Shown here one piece after another: positions 36,930 to 50,250 of a stretch of DNA of 64,000 nucleotides. Source of the DNA: Octopus sinensis (taxonomy: Eukaryota); contig NC_043000.1 in the NCBI RefSeq assembly GCF_006345805.1, forward strand, positions 37,510,001 through 37,574,000. The letters are read 5' to 3'. Numbering within the stretch: position 1 is the stretch's first letter; each line of letters begins with the position of its first letter. The position numbers were made by a program, and so were the translations under genes. The notes under the pieces were generated by a model, which was given only the letters and a program-made list of their open reading frames with translations, was not told the DNA's origin and did no database searches.

Positions 36930-37396
36930 ATACAAACAATCATGAATGATTGTATATTGAATTTTGAGATACTAGAAGGCACCAACTCAACTCAGTATCA
37001 GAGCGAGCTAGAAGCCACAACTAGTATCACCAAATTCAAAGTGTGAATGAAAGTTTGTGTCACCAGCCCCTTCCCACCCGCGTGTAGCCAAGACAAAGTG
37101 CTGTGGTTATTTACTGGGATGAATATGGTTATCAGTAACAATGAAGGGTGAAATTAATTAATTTGGAATAATTATCAATTACACCAAGTAGTCTTCGGCA
37201 TGTAAAAGCCTCATTCGAGGAAAATTTAAGTAGTACTAAGCAATTAAGGGTTTAGCAACGAATTGCCTTACCGCACACCAAATTTAGAAATAGCAGTCAA
37301 AGAGATTATAGCTATTTCTTCACAGCATTTGAAAGGCAAACACAAACAGGTATGAGAGAATGAAATAACGGCAATCTATCATACAGTTTTAAGTCA

Positions 37397-37488
37397 CCTA
37401 CGGACGTACGTTTCGAGATCAAGTCTTAGGAAAGCATAAGAATTAGATAATTCTACCTTATCCAAACTTCTTCTCTCATCAGTGCAGG
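37397..37488 (-). ncRNA. Type I hammerhead ribozyme motif (family 2, second copy)
   Basis: Same core, but the stem I 5' strand is CCTGCA, giving an A-C mismatch next to the core; predicted cut between 37403 and 37402. Confidence 0.82.
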
Positions 37489-37560
<72 letters not shown>

Positions 37561-37591
37561 GTATGTATGTATATATGTATGTATGTATATA

Positions 37592-37700
37592 GGTGTAGGC
37601 AGGCTTTGTGACTAAGAAATTCATTTCAAAACTTGATCTCAGGTTCAACCCTACTGTGTAACATCTGGGGCGAGTATCTTTTACTGCCAACTAATGCATG
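37592..37700 (+). mobile_element. Degenerate SINE family A head
   Basis: ggtgtaggcaggctttgtg...caggttcaaccctactgtgtaacatctggggcgagtatcttttact. Confidence 0.45.
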
Positions 37701-37918
37701 AAAGCCTATGGTATGTGTCATTCTTCATTTCATCATTGTTTTAACTTCTATAAGTGTTACTGTCATTCTAGATGAGTTGTTCATTTTCTGTCTTCTGTGA
37801 AATCATATCCAGCCATAAGAGAAAGTTATAACTTATTTGGAAACAAGTGCAAGTTGGTGACTGGATGAAATTCCATCTAACCCATACAAGCATGGTCAAG
37901 TGGATGCTAAAATGATGG

Positions 37919-37955
<37 letters not shown>

Positions 37956-38972
37956 ATGTATATCATAACTTTTCTATGATGTAATTGTTTCAGAATATAT
38001 ATAATTATATGTATAAAATTACACATTTTAGTCCTGAAAAAAGACAAAAATCCAATCATTAAAAATTTTTCTTATAATTCTCTTCGTACAATAATACAGA
38101 GTGAAGTACCGTAAAATTTCATTGCACTTCTGCAACCTAGTCATTGACAATACCACTGTATCTCATAGAGGAAAAACAGATGTAAATGAATGCTTTCACA
38201 TTACATTTATGCTGAAAAGAACATAATTTACCAAATTTCCAATTATAAAATTAATTATCTCAGATAGAATTTGTGATGACTAAAAGAAAATAAAGAATTC
38301 TATGCATGTTGGATATGCATACTAGTTTACGTAGTGCTTGCTATATTATCAATGCTGAAATGTTGACTAAACTATATTTAGTGTACTCTAAGCTCAAGAG
38401 CCTGTAAGATATGCTTCCGATGGGAAAATGTTTAGAAATCAATTAGACATTAAAGTAGAAACACACATTCATACACATGTGCACACACACATGTGTACAT
38501 ACACCGACACATATACACACATATGCTCAAATACACATACTTCTATGTGATTTCTGCTTAAACAATTAGTCTTCTAAACTGAATTTTTTTGTTGCAAGTT
38601 AAGTTTTATGCTTCACTGACCATTGAGCAAAACTGCAATTATGCTTCATTGACATTCTTCTATATCTGTTGGTGTTGGGATCTTCTTTTCATTTATGGCC
38701 CTTCTTTCTGTTGGTAGGTCTTTGATGTCAATGGCATAATTGTTTTTACTAGTCCTTTGGCAATAACATCCAAGTCTTTCCAGGGGATATAGATATATGC
38801 ATGTGTGAGAATGCATGCACACACACACACACACATGCACACTTGGTGTGTACAAATAGATGTAGAATTCTGTTGTTGAGTTAAGATTTTCTTGTAGATT
38901 ATCAACGTTTGGTCTACTTCTGTACATATATTCATATCTGCCTCTTTCCGTGTGTGTGTGTGTGTTTGCATG

Positions 38973-39022
<50 letters not shown>

Positions 39023-39122
39023 ATATTGATCAAAACGGTTTGATTCAAATTTGCTTCAAATACAAGCAACTCCCAATAAATTAGTTGAGTGCCCTTCTTT
39101 TGTTTATCCACTCACGTATATA

Positions 39123-39197
<75 letters not shown>

Positions 39198-39282
39198 ATG
39201 TATAATATATGTTTATATGTAAGCACTCACACTTGTCAGTTCTAATATGTTTGAGGCATATTTGAAATTGTAAGAAAGTCAT

Positions 39283-39368
39283 TCACTGTACTTTGTCATG
39301 AAGAAAATTTTCTCAGTGTAGACAGCTGGGTACTCTGAGAAATTTTCTCCATGAAAAAAATACAGTGA
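39283..39368. other. 86-nt imperfect hairpin centred on CAGCTG
   Basis: tcactgtactttgtcatgaagaaaattttctcagtgtagacag / ctgggtactctgagaaattttctccatgaaaaaaatacagtga. Confidence 0.7.
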
Positions 39369-39574
39369 TTGGCTTTCTTATGAGTTTAAATAAGTCTCAA
39401 GCATGTTTTGAACTGGTAACAAGTTTATGCTTGCCACCTTGGACAAGCTTCTTCGAATTTGTCCTAGACTGAACAAAGACTTGTTAGTAGACTTGAAAGA
39501 TGGAACCAGAAAGAAAGAAATCTGTCATACACACATATACATATATGTAAATGGAGAGGCAGAAACAAATGGAT

Positions 39575-39580
39575 AGATAG

Positions 39581-39657
<77 letters not shown>

Positions 39658-39663
39658 TAGATA
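39575..39663. repeat. Compound (GATA)n(GA)n(GACA)n microsatellite
   Basis: Direct reading. Confidence 0.95.
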
Positions 39664-40980
39664 GATGTGTGTGTGGGTATTTGTGTCTGTCATGTCTTTA
39701 CATTGTATTAAAGTTATAAAAGAATGTCAGCCATAAAATTCATGTCTTTTGTTTCCAGTCTGCATAAACATGTATGGCTAAGTGGAAGAATTACTTTGCC
39801 TGAAAAAAAAAGTGAGAAAGAGCATCCAGCTGTAGAAAAGATGCCTCAGGAAATACCATCAGACCCATGCAAGCATGAAAAAAATAGACATGAAAATGAT
39901 TATGATATTAATGATGTTGATATATACATTTATCACAAGAATGTGCAAGATTTTGTCTCTTTTGAAACAAAACCCTGTGTCATAAGCATTTTATGTTCTA
40001 GTGTACAGTGTTCAGTTACACACACACACACACACACACACAGTTGGTAGATGTCAGAATCTTCAAAGCAATTAACAAAACCTCCTTATATACTGTTTTC
40101 CAATTTTTCACTATTCTGCTTTGTTTTTCACCCTTCTAAGATTGATTAATTGTGTACCAGTCAACAAAGTAAGATCTGTGTTAAGGAAATTGACTGTAAC
40201 TTTTAGTGCTTGTCCTCACCATAGGCAAAGGTCAATGACTGAAACCAATCAAACAGTAAATGAATAAAAGCTTACACTTCACCTGTGGCCTCAACAATAG
40301 TGTATACACCCTATAAATCTAATTAGTCAGCATATACTCAAATGATTTTTAAAAACCTGTAACCCTTTACAATGAAGAAAATACTTGTTAACTGTACAAA
40401 ATCAAAACAAATGTTTTGAATTTGTTTAACTGATTGGAGGAATAACTTTTAGATATGCAGATATGTATATTGATATTTAAAGTCAATTATACACATCTGT
40501 GGTCATTGGGGATTTATTGCCAGGAGCATTTATGAATGCTAAGAACTTTTTAATGTTAACCCATTATAAAGTGTCAGGTATATTTGAAAACATATATATT
40601 TGTTTCTATGTATTTTTATATATGAAATAGATTCTATATATGAACATGTTCAAGGTTTCATTTATATGTGTGTGATATACTCATTGCAAAATGTTGTCAA
40701 TTGAATGTACATTGTGAATTTACCTTGTATCGATAAATTTTGCAAAAAAATCCATAATTTCTTTATAATATTTCTTTTCATTTCAGAGTAAACATAGAAT
40801 TATATGAGGCAATCTTTTAATATTTATAGGGATAAATACAAATATTATTGATATTTTTAAGAATATATGAAGTGAAATGTATAAAAATTGAATGAAATAC
40901 TTCTGACTGATTTTTATTAACAAAATTGCGATGTGTTCTTGAATGTCTTTTAAAATGTTAGCTAGTTTATATATATATAT

Positions 40981-42122
40981 ATCATCATCATCATCATCAT
41001 TTAATGTCCATTTCGCATGCTAGCATGGGTTGCATGGGGAAGCCAGGAGGCTGCACCAGGCTCCAGTCTGATCTGGCAGTGTTTCTACAGCTGGATGCTC
41101 TTCCTAACTCCAACCACTCCGTGAGTGTAGTGGGTGCTTTTTATGTGCCACTGGCACAGGTGCCAGGGGAGGCTGGCAAAAGCCACGATCGGTTGGTGCT
41201 TTTTACATGCCACCGGCACGGAAGCCAGTCAATGCTGCACTGGCATCGACCACGTTCTGATGGTGCTTTTTACATCTACAATTTCCATTTGATTTTTTGA
41301 TGTTGATGTACTTGACTCAGTAGGTCTCCTCAAGTACAGCAGGTTGCCCTACAATCCAAGGTAAGCACAGTAGGCCATTCTGCGATCCAAGGCACTTTGG
41401 ATGGGCTGGGGTTTCTATGTGAAGCTGGTGCTGGAAACAGCCATGAACTCACTTTATTTGCTGGGTCTTCGCAGTCACAGCATATCTCTAGAGGTCATGG
41501 TCTTTTGTCATTGCCTCTGTGAGGCCCAACGTTCAAAGGTCAAGCATGACCACCTCATCCCATATCTTTCTACATCTACATCTACTCTGGATTCCTTCAA
41601 CTGTTTGGGAGTGGCACTTCTTCACACATCCCTCCTCATTCATCCATAGTACATGACCATACCAGTGCAAACGCCTCTCTGGCATGCCACATCCTTTGCT
41701 TCTTATGTCCAACTTTTCTCTCAGGGCGCTTACACTCAGTTGTGTGTGCACACTGACATTACACATCCAGCGGATCATGCTAGCTTCATTTCTTTCAAGC
41801 CTACGCATGTCCTCCGCAGTAACTGCCCATGTTTCACTGCCGTGAAGCATAGCAGGTTGCACATATGCTTCGTACAATACCTTTCTCTCTGAGCGAGAGG
41901 CCCTTTGTCACCAGTAGAGGTAGAAGCTTTCTAAAGTTTGCCCAGGCTATTCTTATTCTAGTGGTAACACACTCTGAGCATCCACCCCAACTATTAACTT
42001 GGTCACCTAGGTAGTGGAAGGTATCAACTACTTCTAGTTTCTTCCCCTGGAGTGTGATGGAATCTGTTTTCTGAGCATCTGTGGTGTTTATTGCCCCTGT
42101 GCATCTGCCGCACATGAACGCT
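40981..42122 (-). mobile_element. 5'-truncated RTE-clade LINE, second subfamily
   Basis: Minus-strand FMCGRCTGAIN...LEVVDTFHYLGDQV...RIRIAWANFRKLLPLL, AMLHGSETWAVTAEDMRRLERNEASMIRWMC and RRLHWYGHV; (GAT)n tail at 40981. Confidence 0.92.
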
Positions 42123-42135
42123 ATATGTATATGTA

Positions 42136-42182
<47 letters not shown>

Positions 42183-42518
42183 TCATCATTATCATCATCA
42201 TAATCTTTTAACATCCACCCTCCATGCTGGCATGGACTGGATAGTTTTAAATAATCCTGCTTTAGCCAAGTTGGATGTCAGTATATGAGGAAACAATCAA
42301 GCACTTGAAGACAATCCTCAGTATCCAAGGCTTAGGTCTTGATCATTGATTGTCTCATTAAGCAGGTGATTAAAATTATAGAAAAAAATGAAAGATGATA
42401 AAAGCCTTTTTAGATTTAAAATACAGAACTGTGTGTCAATCACCTGACTTTCTTCAAGTTACTCTTCTATTACATTTCTTATTCAGTTTCTGGATTAATG
42501 TGTTTATCAAAATTTATA

Positions 42519-42668
42519 GGTGCAGGTATGGTTGTGTAGTTAATAACCTTGAGTTTAAGGGTTCAGTTCCATTGCATATACATTGTTGGCTGGTATTCTA
42601 TACTATAACCTGGGGTAAACAAATACCTTGTGAGTGAACTTCCTTGATGGGAACTGAAGAAGTCTGTC
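42519..42668 (+). mobile_element. Diverged SINE family A 5' half
   Basis: ggtgcaggtatggttgtgtag...gggttcagttccattgc...accttgtgagtgaactt...gaactgaagaagtctgtc followed by (CA)n. Confidence 0.6.
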
Positions 42669-42697
42669 TCTTTCTTTCACATGTGCACACACACACG

Positions 42698-42773
<76 letters not shown>

Positions 42774-44501
42774 ATATAATGGCATGCAAGGGTATATTTT
42801 GTATGAGTGAAGTTTGTACTTCTCATCTTGTTTGTTTGTTGATTATAAATAAAAGCCCCAGTGTTCATACTGATGGTGTTCTTTACTTGCAATTTACCAT
42901 GAAAGCATGTTCAGGCTTCTTGATATCTTGACATGTTTCATGATCTTTGTCAACAAAGTGCATATTTAGACAGTGTCATTTGTTACTAGTCCTCCTCATA
43001 ACCATGTTTGGGCTTTAGCTGTTCAAAAGACTGAGAAGTTATAACTTTGCTTCGAAAGTGTTGAGGTAGGCAGCAAAAAGGGTATTCTGTTGAAGAAAAC
43101 TCTGACCTAACATAGGCTGAACTAATTTCTGAAGGCATGGAAAAGTAGATGTTAAAATTAAATGATGATGGTGTTCTTGTGAATAATTATCTCAGTGAGA
43201 TACCATTTCTTTCAATAATGCTCAACTTCATTAATCATAACATGGTTTAAGAACATGTAAAAATATTTACTTATGCACTAATTATGCAACCTTTAATGAT
43301 CTTCAATACCCTTCAATGGTTAATCATTTCTGTTGATATATAAAAACTACACAATGATAACAGACAGTCTTTGTAATGAATGGTTACCAAACAATATATC
43401 TAATATAGTAAATGACACTTCTTTATGTATCTTGTATAGTGTTGGATGACAGTGTTAATTTTATAGTATGTATGGCTAATATAAAGTTTGTCCATTATAT
43501 TTTAAAACACAAAGGAAATTATTATTTAAAAAATTTTCTGTACATTAACTATTAATATATGGACATTATATAAAACATCACAGGTCATATGAAATACTTT
43601 CTTATATAGAAGATTTATTTATATATGTCTGCTATGATGATTATTATTGGTTATAATTTATCCAAATTATTGCTGATGTAAAGCATCAGCTCCTCAACTG
43701 AATGAAACTGCTAATCATTTCTTCTTGGGAAAAGAAACAGTGAGAAGTTGAAAATGGAAAACCTTCCTAAGGAGACAGAGACAAATTGGTTCCGACCAAA
43801 TACAAAAATGTAAATGTGTATAAATATATTCTAAAATCAAAATGCTAGTCACAATTGTCAACAAAGTATATTATGGGTTTAAAAATTAATTTAAATATCT
43901 CTGATATTTTCTGGTCATTCACTTTTATAAAAATTATAAGATGTATTTTATATGAATAATAAAGATTCTAGTCCTAAAGTAGCTATGAATGTTTACAGCA
44001 CAAAATATTCAAAGTTATGGTTGACATAATACTTAGTGAAATCATTTTAAGTTTTATGTTTGTTTGTTTTTTTGCTTTGTTTTTTGACTATATATTTTTG
44101 AACATATTATTATAAGCTGCTTAAGAATTTAATTACAACTGACATGGAGATTGATCTGTTTTATGTTTGAGAGCAGTCTTTTTTTTATCAATGTTTTAGA
44201 AAACTTATAAAAACAAATATGGTAAGTTGAATTGATCTGTTGCCAATATTGAATATAGTCTCAGATGGTTTCATTATCCCATAGTTCAGTAAATATTTAG
44301 GGCTTTTCTTCCCCAGATGCTTTCTTGTTGAAAGACTGAAAAAGATGAATAAAATGTGGTAATCAAACTCCTCCACAAGGGAAATATAAAAAGGAGAATA
44401 ACATGTTTTTTTTATATTATTAACCTTAAATTACTTTGTAAATAGAAAATCAAATGAAAAAACTTAAATTTTCAATAATTTTACTTTTGTTTATTTTGCA
44501 G

Positions 44502-44783
44502 ACAAGATCATCAGGACACGAGTCGGAGCAGGAAGAGCTGAACGATGTCCAGATCCGCCTGCCCACTATTAATCGGACATCTAGGTCCAGCCTCAATGCT
44601 ATTGGCAGTACCAACAGTAAATCAAATAATACAGTAACTGTAACAACAGCTATTGTTACCCTTCCAACATCCAGCACTACCTCTGAAGCTGAGTCTCTAC
44701 GAACTCATAACACTAGTGGCGGGACAATGTCCCCACAGTTAGAAGCTCAGAACCCTAACATTGTGAAAATATCAACCTTGTAA
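44502..44783 (+). CDS. Shal: Terminal coding exon of a Shal/Kv4 (KCND-type) voltage-gated A-type potassium channel
   Basis: Strong acceptor ttttgtttattttgcag at 44501, then a phase-0 open frame TRSSGHESEQEELNDVQIRLPTINRTSRSSLNAIG...VTVTTAIVTLPT...NPNIVKISTL*. From memory this matches the Kv4.2 C-terminus (QELSTIQIR, SRSSLNAK, VTTAIISIPT, GNIVRVSAL) in order and spacing. Upstream exons were not found in the window. Confidence 0.82.
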   Translation, partial: TRSSGHESEQEELNDVQIRLPTINRTSRSSLNAIGSTNSKSNNTVTVTTAIVTLPTSSTTSEAESLRTHNTSGGTMSPQLEAQNPNIVKISTL

Positions 44784-45474
44784 GAGTAAGGAAAAAGTAT
44801 ATCTAAAAGCTAGAGAAAGTTTAAAAACAAAAAACAGACTAAAACATAAGTAAACAAATTAAAATTAAAAATTCAACTAACACTGAAATCTAAACCAAAA
44901 GAGTTCTTACACTTTAAAAGATTTTCATGGTGGGGGAAAAGGAGATATACCAAGATTGGTGTACTCTTCAAATTACATTTGAACTGAATGGAGAAATATG
45001 TGTTGTTGAGGATTCTCTTGAAGGAATTGGCAGAACTTCAAAAATCACCAAGGGAGTTGAATTGATTTCTTTTCAGCTTGTCTATCACTTCATCCTGCAA
45101 CATGAAAAGAATAGTAAGTTCATTCTTCAATGCAGTCTGTGTCAGTGCCACTTGATTGGCAACACCGATTTGTTACAGAATTAAGTATTGAAGTAAGCCT
45201 TGTGATCGAGGTGTGCAGGGTTCCCTCCCTTAAAAAGAAAAAAAAAAAATGACAAACATTGTATGTATAACAGAATAATTACTCTCTGTGTTGGAATTTT
45301 AAGAATGGATTCTTGTCAATTTATTTATTTATTTATTTTCACTAAATTCACAAGAAGAAAAAGGAGAAAGAAAGGAAGGGAAAACACGAAGAAAATTTTG
45401 AAACAAATTTATGCTTTAAAGTTGGAGACTGTTGATTTGTTAGCTATGAGGCTCTGGATATACCAGAAAAAATA

Positions 45475-45490
45475 TATAAGCATGTATATA

Positions 45491-45542
<52 letters not shown>

Positions 45543-45650
45543 CATACATATATATATATACATATATATATACATATATATATGCATATATATATACATA
45601 TATACATCAATGAATATAAAAATATATACTTATGTATATATGAGTTTGTT

Positions 45651-45700
<50 letters not shown>

Positions 45701-46212
45701 CACAAATACGCAAACAGATATGTGTGAGTGTGGTATGTGAGCATATGTGTAAGTATATATATATATATTTGTGTGTGTATGAATATATATATGTATGTAG
45801 ATATATATATGTATATGAATGTATATATATATATATATGTATATATATGTGTATATATGTATGCATATATATGTATATATATATAAGCATACATAAATGC
45901 ATACATATATATACATGCATACATGCATTTATATATATATATAGTTATATATACATGCATTTATATATATATATTTATGTAAAAATGTGTGTGTGTGTAT
46001 TATTTAGTAAAGTTTGATTTGGCTTCATGCAACTTAAAGTTTTGTAGGCTCAACCTGACAAGTTAGATTTGTTTGATGTACCTACAAAACATTAAGTTGC
46101 CTGGAGCTGAATCAAATTCTTATTAAGTAATAAATGTGTTTAGTCCCACAAATATATATGCACTTATGTGTGCGTATATGTATATGTATAAATATATATT
46201 TGAATATACATA

Positions 46213-46268
<56 letters not shown>

Positions 46269-46706
46269 TATATATAGATATATATATATATGTATATATA
46301 TATATGTATGTATATATGTATGTATGTGTATATATATATGTATATATATGCATACACAAATACACACATATATATATACACAAATATCTACATAGAGATA
46401 TATATACACAATCACTGATGCATTAAAGCATTCATATACAAACACATATGAAACATGTGTATATATATCGCATCTGTACACATTTGAATATACATGTGTG
46501 TGTGTGTGTATATGTATATACCCAAATTTGTGATATCCCTTGAAATTGCACCAAACAGTTTAATGCAAAGTATATTAAGGAATATCTCTTCAAAAATGCA
46601 CAGGCATTAAATATATACCTCTGTGTATGTGCATATCAGAATGTATGATTGTATAGATCATGTACATATATGTTTGTGTGTGATGGTCTGTATACATATA
46701 TGTTTG

Positions 46707-46776
<70 letters not shown>

Positions 46777-46889
46777 TACTCATATATACTCATATATATA
46801 ATATATATATACATATATATATACACACACATATATATCTATATGTGTCTGTGTGTGTGTACATATATAAATATATGTATGCACATGAC

Positions 46890-46949
<60 letters not shown>

Positions 46950-47090
46950 GCTCACACATGCACTTATGTCACACTCTCTATATATATGTGTGTGTGTGGC
47001 CTGTATATGTGTGTATGTGTCTCTATATGTGTGCAGGCATATATAACAATTATTAATGTATGCATATATATATATTACTATGTATAAGAA

Positions 47091-47123
<33 letters not shown>

Positions 47124-47887
47124 AATACACATATAAAATCATATATATATACAGATACTGTTAATATACATGCTTGCATATGTAAGTGCATGTACAGGTT
47201 TATATTTTTCATAAATATATATGTATGAATATGTTTACACAACATACTTATATTACATATAAAGGACATATATACATATAAATATATGAATATATATAAT
47301 TTTTATATGTTAGTCATATATGTGTTTGTGTGTGTGTGAGAGAGAGAGAGAGAGAGCTTGTGTGTGTGCATGTGCATGTGTGTGTGTATTCATGATATAT
47401 GCATACATGTGAAATATGTGACATTAAGTCTTATGAATGTATATACATATGTGTGTATATATGTATGCATATATAAATGTCATTCACTTAAATATGTACA
47501 TGTGGTTACTTTATATATATACTTATATATTCACACATATTAATAATTTACAAAATGTATGTATGAATATACACACCCACACATACACATACACATGTAT
47601 ATGTATACATGTAAATATATATGTATCTATAAATGTATATAGATATGCATTTATGTATACATGTATATGTTTACATGTATATTATATACACACACACACA
47701 CACACATACACATATGTATACCTCACATTGATATGTACATGTATATATATAAACATTTAGTCAAGCATATATATTCACATAAATGTATATAAATATATAT
47801 ATGCATAGGTATGTATTTATATATTTATATGCATATATATGTATATCCTTACATACAAAATGTAATATATATATACATACACATGTG

Positions 47888-47924
<37 letters not shown>

Positions 47925-48000
47925 GTGGGTATATATATGTGTGTGTATATATATATAGATATATTTGTGTGTATATATATATATGCATGTACTGTCATAT
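45475..48000. repeat. About 2.5-kb TA/TG/CA low-complexity field
   Basis: Direct reading; all ORFs here are I/Y/H/C/V artefacts. Confidence 0.92.
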
Positions 48001-49723
48001 GTACATGGGTATACAGTGTAACTGTACTTTCGTATTTGTGGATTTACATCTGCATTTGTTTTATTTGTCTTTAAATATTTTTAAATATGTTTGAGAGACT
48101 GAGTATTTTCTTAAACTTGTATTAATGTATAACTTTGAATATAAACTTGCATGTCAACTGAAGTATTTTCTGTTTAAATTTTACTGAAATATATGATTCT
48201 TCTTCACTGTTTCATAGAAGATAATACAAGAGGATAGAGTGTACTAATTAAAATTGGGGAGAAATAATGAGAAATGATTTTGAAAAATATCGTTTCCCTT
48301 TTCATATTCATGTAGTCTTGTTTTGTGTGTATGTGTATTTGAGCGTTAGTTTATGTGTGCCTGCATGTGTCAGCGTGTATTTGAATGAAACAAAGATTGA
48401 TACATATATCTATGTTAATATATGTATAGAAAGAGACAATGAGACCTTAGTTAAGGAATATTTGTGAGAAACAGTTGCTAGGATGTAAAGATGTCTAAAT
48501 ATTTGTCTCTTTGCCTCTATAAATGAAAGACCATTGAGTCAAGAAACACAGTCTGAAGGAAGAAGAAATGTGTAAAATGGAAATCAAGATACAAGAATTC
48601 AGAAAAAGATTCAAGATTGGTACAATTTTAAGGGTACAAGTTTTACTACACTGTAATCTTTATAATTGATTTGAAAGGGAAAGAGACAGGGAGAGTGAGA
48701 GAGAGAGAAGGAATATATGTAAGACATAAAGAGAGGTTGTGTGGCATTAGAATTAAAAGCAGCTCACCATTATTATTTGGTGTATATTGATTAAAACTGA
48801 AATAAGCTTATCGTAAATGATTTGAAGCTAAATAAAAATGTGCTTATACAACTAAAAATGAAAATAAAAGTTATAAAATGAGTTGATGTCTTGGATATTA
48901 ACCCTTTAAATTTTAGCTGCTGCAGCAGCAAGTTAAAAGAACTTAGAAATTTCGGCAAATGCTGATCTGCATACTAAGAATAAAATGCTTCTTCACAGAC
49001 ATTTAGTGAATATGTTTTGAAACTCGAACTGCAAAACATGTACCAATATATGATAATGCATCTGCAGATGCTATGCTATTAACATGACCCAGAAAAATCT
49101 CTCAGTAATGAAACAAACAGAAGATAAATTGAAAATGAAAATATAAAAAGTGAGCATAACTAAACATTACAGTCATTGTTTTGTTAAAAATAATAAAAGA
49201 TCTTGGTAAAGAATCTTCTGTTTGAAGATGTTGGACATACAATGAGATACTTTAAAGAATAGAATACTGTGATGAAAGTTCTGAGGTGTTCATTGTTACT
49301 TATTGGGAAGATCATACAAAATTATATAAATTAAGAAGAAATTTTTCCTAAGTAATACATGAACAAGAAAAATGGAATGAATGTATTGTAAGGAAGGTAT
49401 TGAGATTATGTGCCAACAATGCATATTTAAGTGTGTATATGAGTGAGTGTATACTAAACTATTTATTGGTATGTATTGTACATGTTTGACATAGATGATT
49501 GCTTGTTTTCTTGTCTAATATAATACAATTTGTCATTGAAAATAAAGAAAAAAATATTTTATTAAAAATTCCCAGGGAAAGATGTTCTCAGAAGTGTAGA
49601 AACATCAAGTTCTTTGAAAATAGGGGAAAATTATAGATCTGAAGATTACTGAAGTAGTAAGTAATATTGAACTAGCATATTTAGTTGATTGTTCATATAT
49701 TCTTTGTATACATTGTATCATGT

Positions 49724-49769
<46 letters not shown>

Positions 49770-50250
49770 GTGTGTGTGTGTGTGTGTATATACATGTATG
49801 TATATACATATATATATATATATAATATATATATATGTGTGTGTATGTATGTATGTATGTATGTGCACATTTGTAATATATATATATATATATGCACATA
49901 TGTATATGTGTGCATATATGTAGACATTTAAATTGTAAACATATTCATATACAGAGTGATGGAAATAAACTTATTCACACACACACACATACAACTGCAT
50001 GTGCATATATGTGTATCTTTGTGAGTACACATTCATAAAGAAACTAAATAGCTTGTACAAAAGCAAAGCTGCTTTAAATAATATACATGTGTTAAAATGT
50101 ATATGTATATATATGTGTGTATTTTTATGTATGTTTGTATGTATATTTGTTATTTTTGTGTACACACACGTGTGTGTGTGTATGTATAAGTCATCTAAGA
50201 GTCCTTAAGTCAGGAAAAAATGCACTCATATATCTATCAATAGAGTGGGT

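Larger units (their letters stand above)
36648..37493 (-). mobile_element. Retrozyme-like / Penelope pseudo-LTR tandem element with two direct repeats
   Basis: Direct repeats 36648-36934 (287 bp) and 37234-37493 (260 bp, lacking a 27-bp segment) are nearly identical. They are separated by a 299-bp non-coding spacer, with (TA)n on both outer sides. Each repeat carries a hammerhead on the minus strand. Confidence 0.85.

Noticed and set aside
44317-44358. AG...GT-bounded 42-nt candidate exon just upstream of the Shal exon
   Set aside because: Its only open frame ends in phase 2 and creates an immediate TGA when joined to the 44502 acceptor; the peptide has no Kv4 resemblance.
44927-45184. 85-aa ORF downstream of the Shal stop
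   Set aside because: No recognisable motif; most likely chance 3' UTR sequence.
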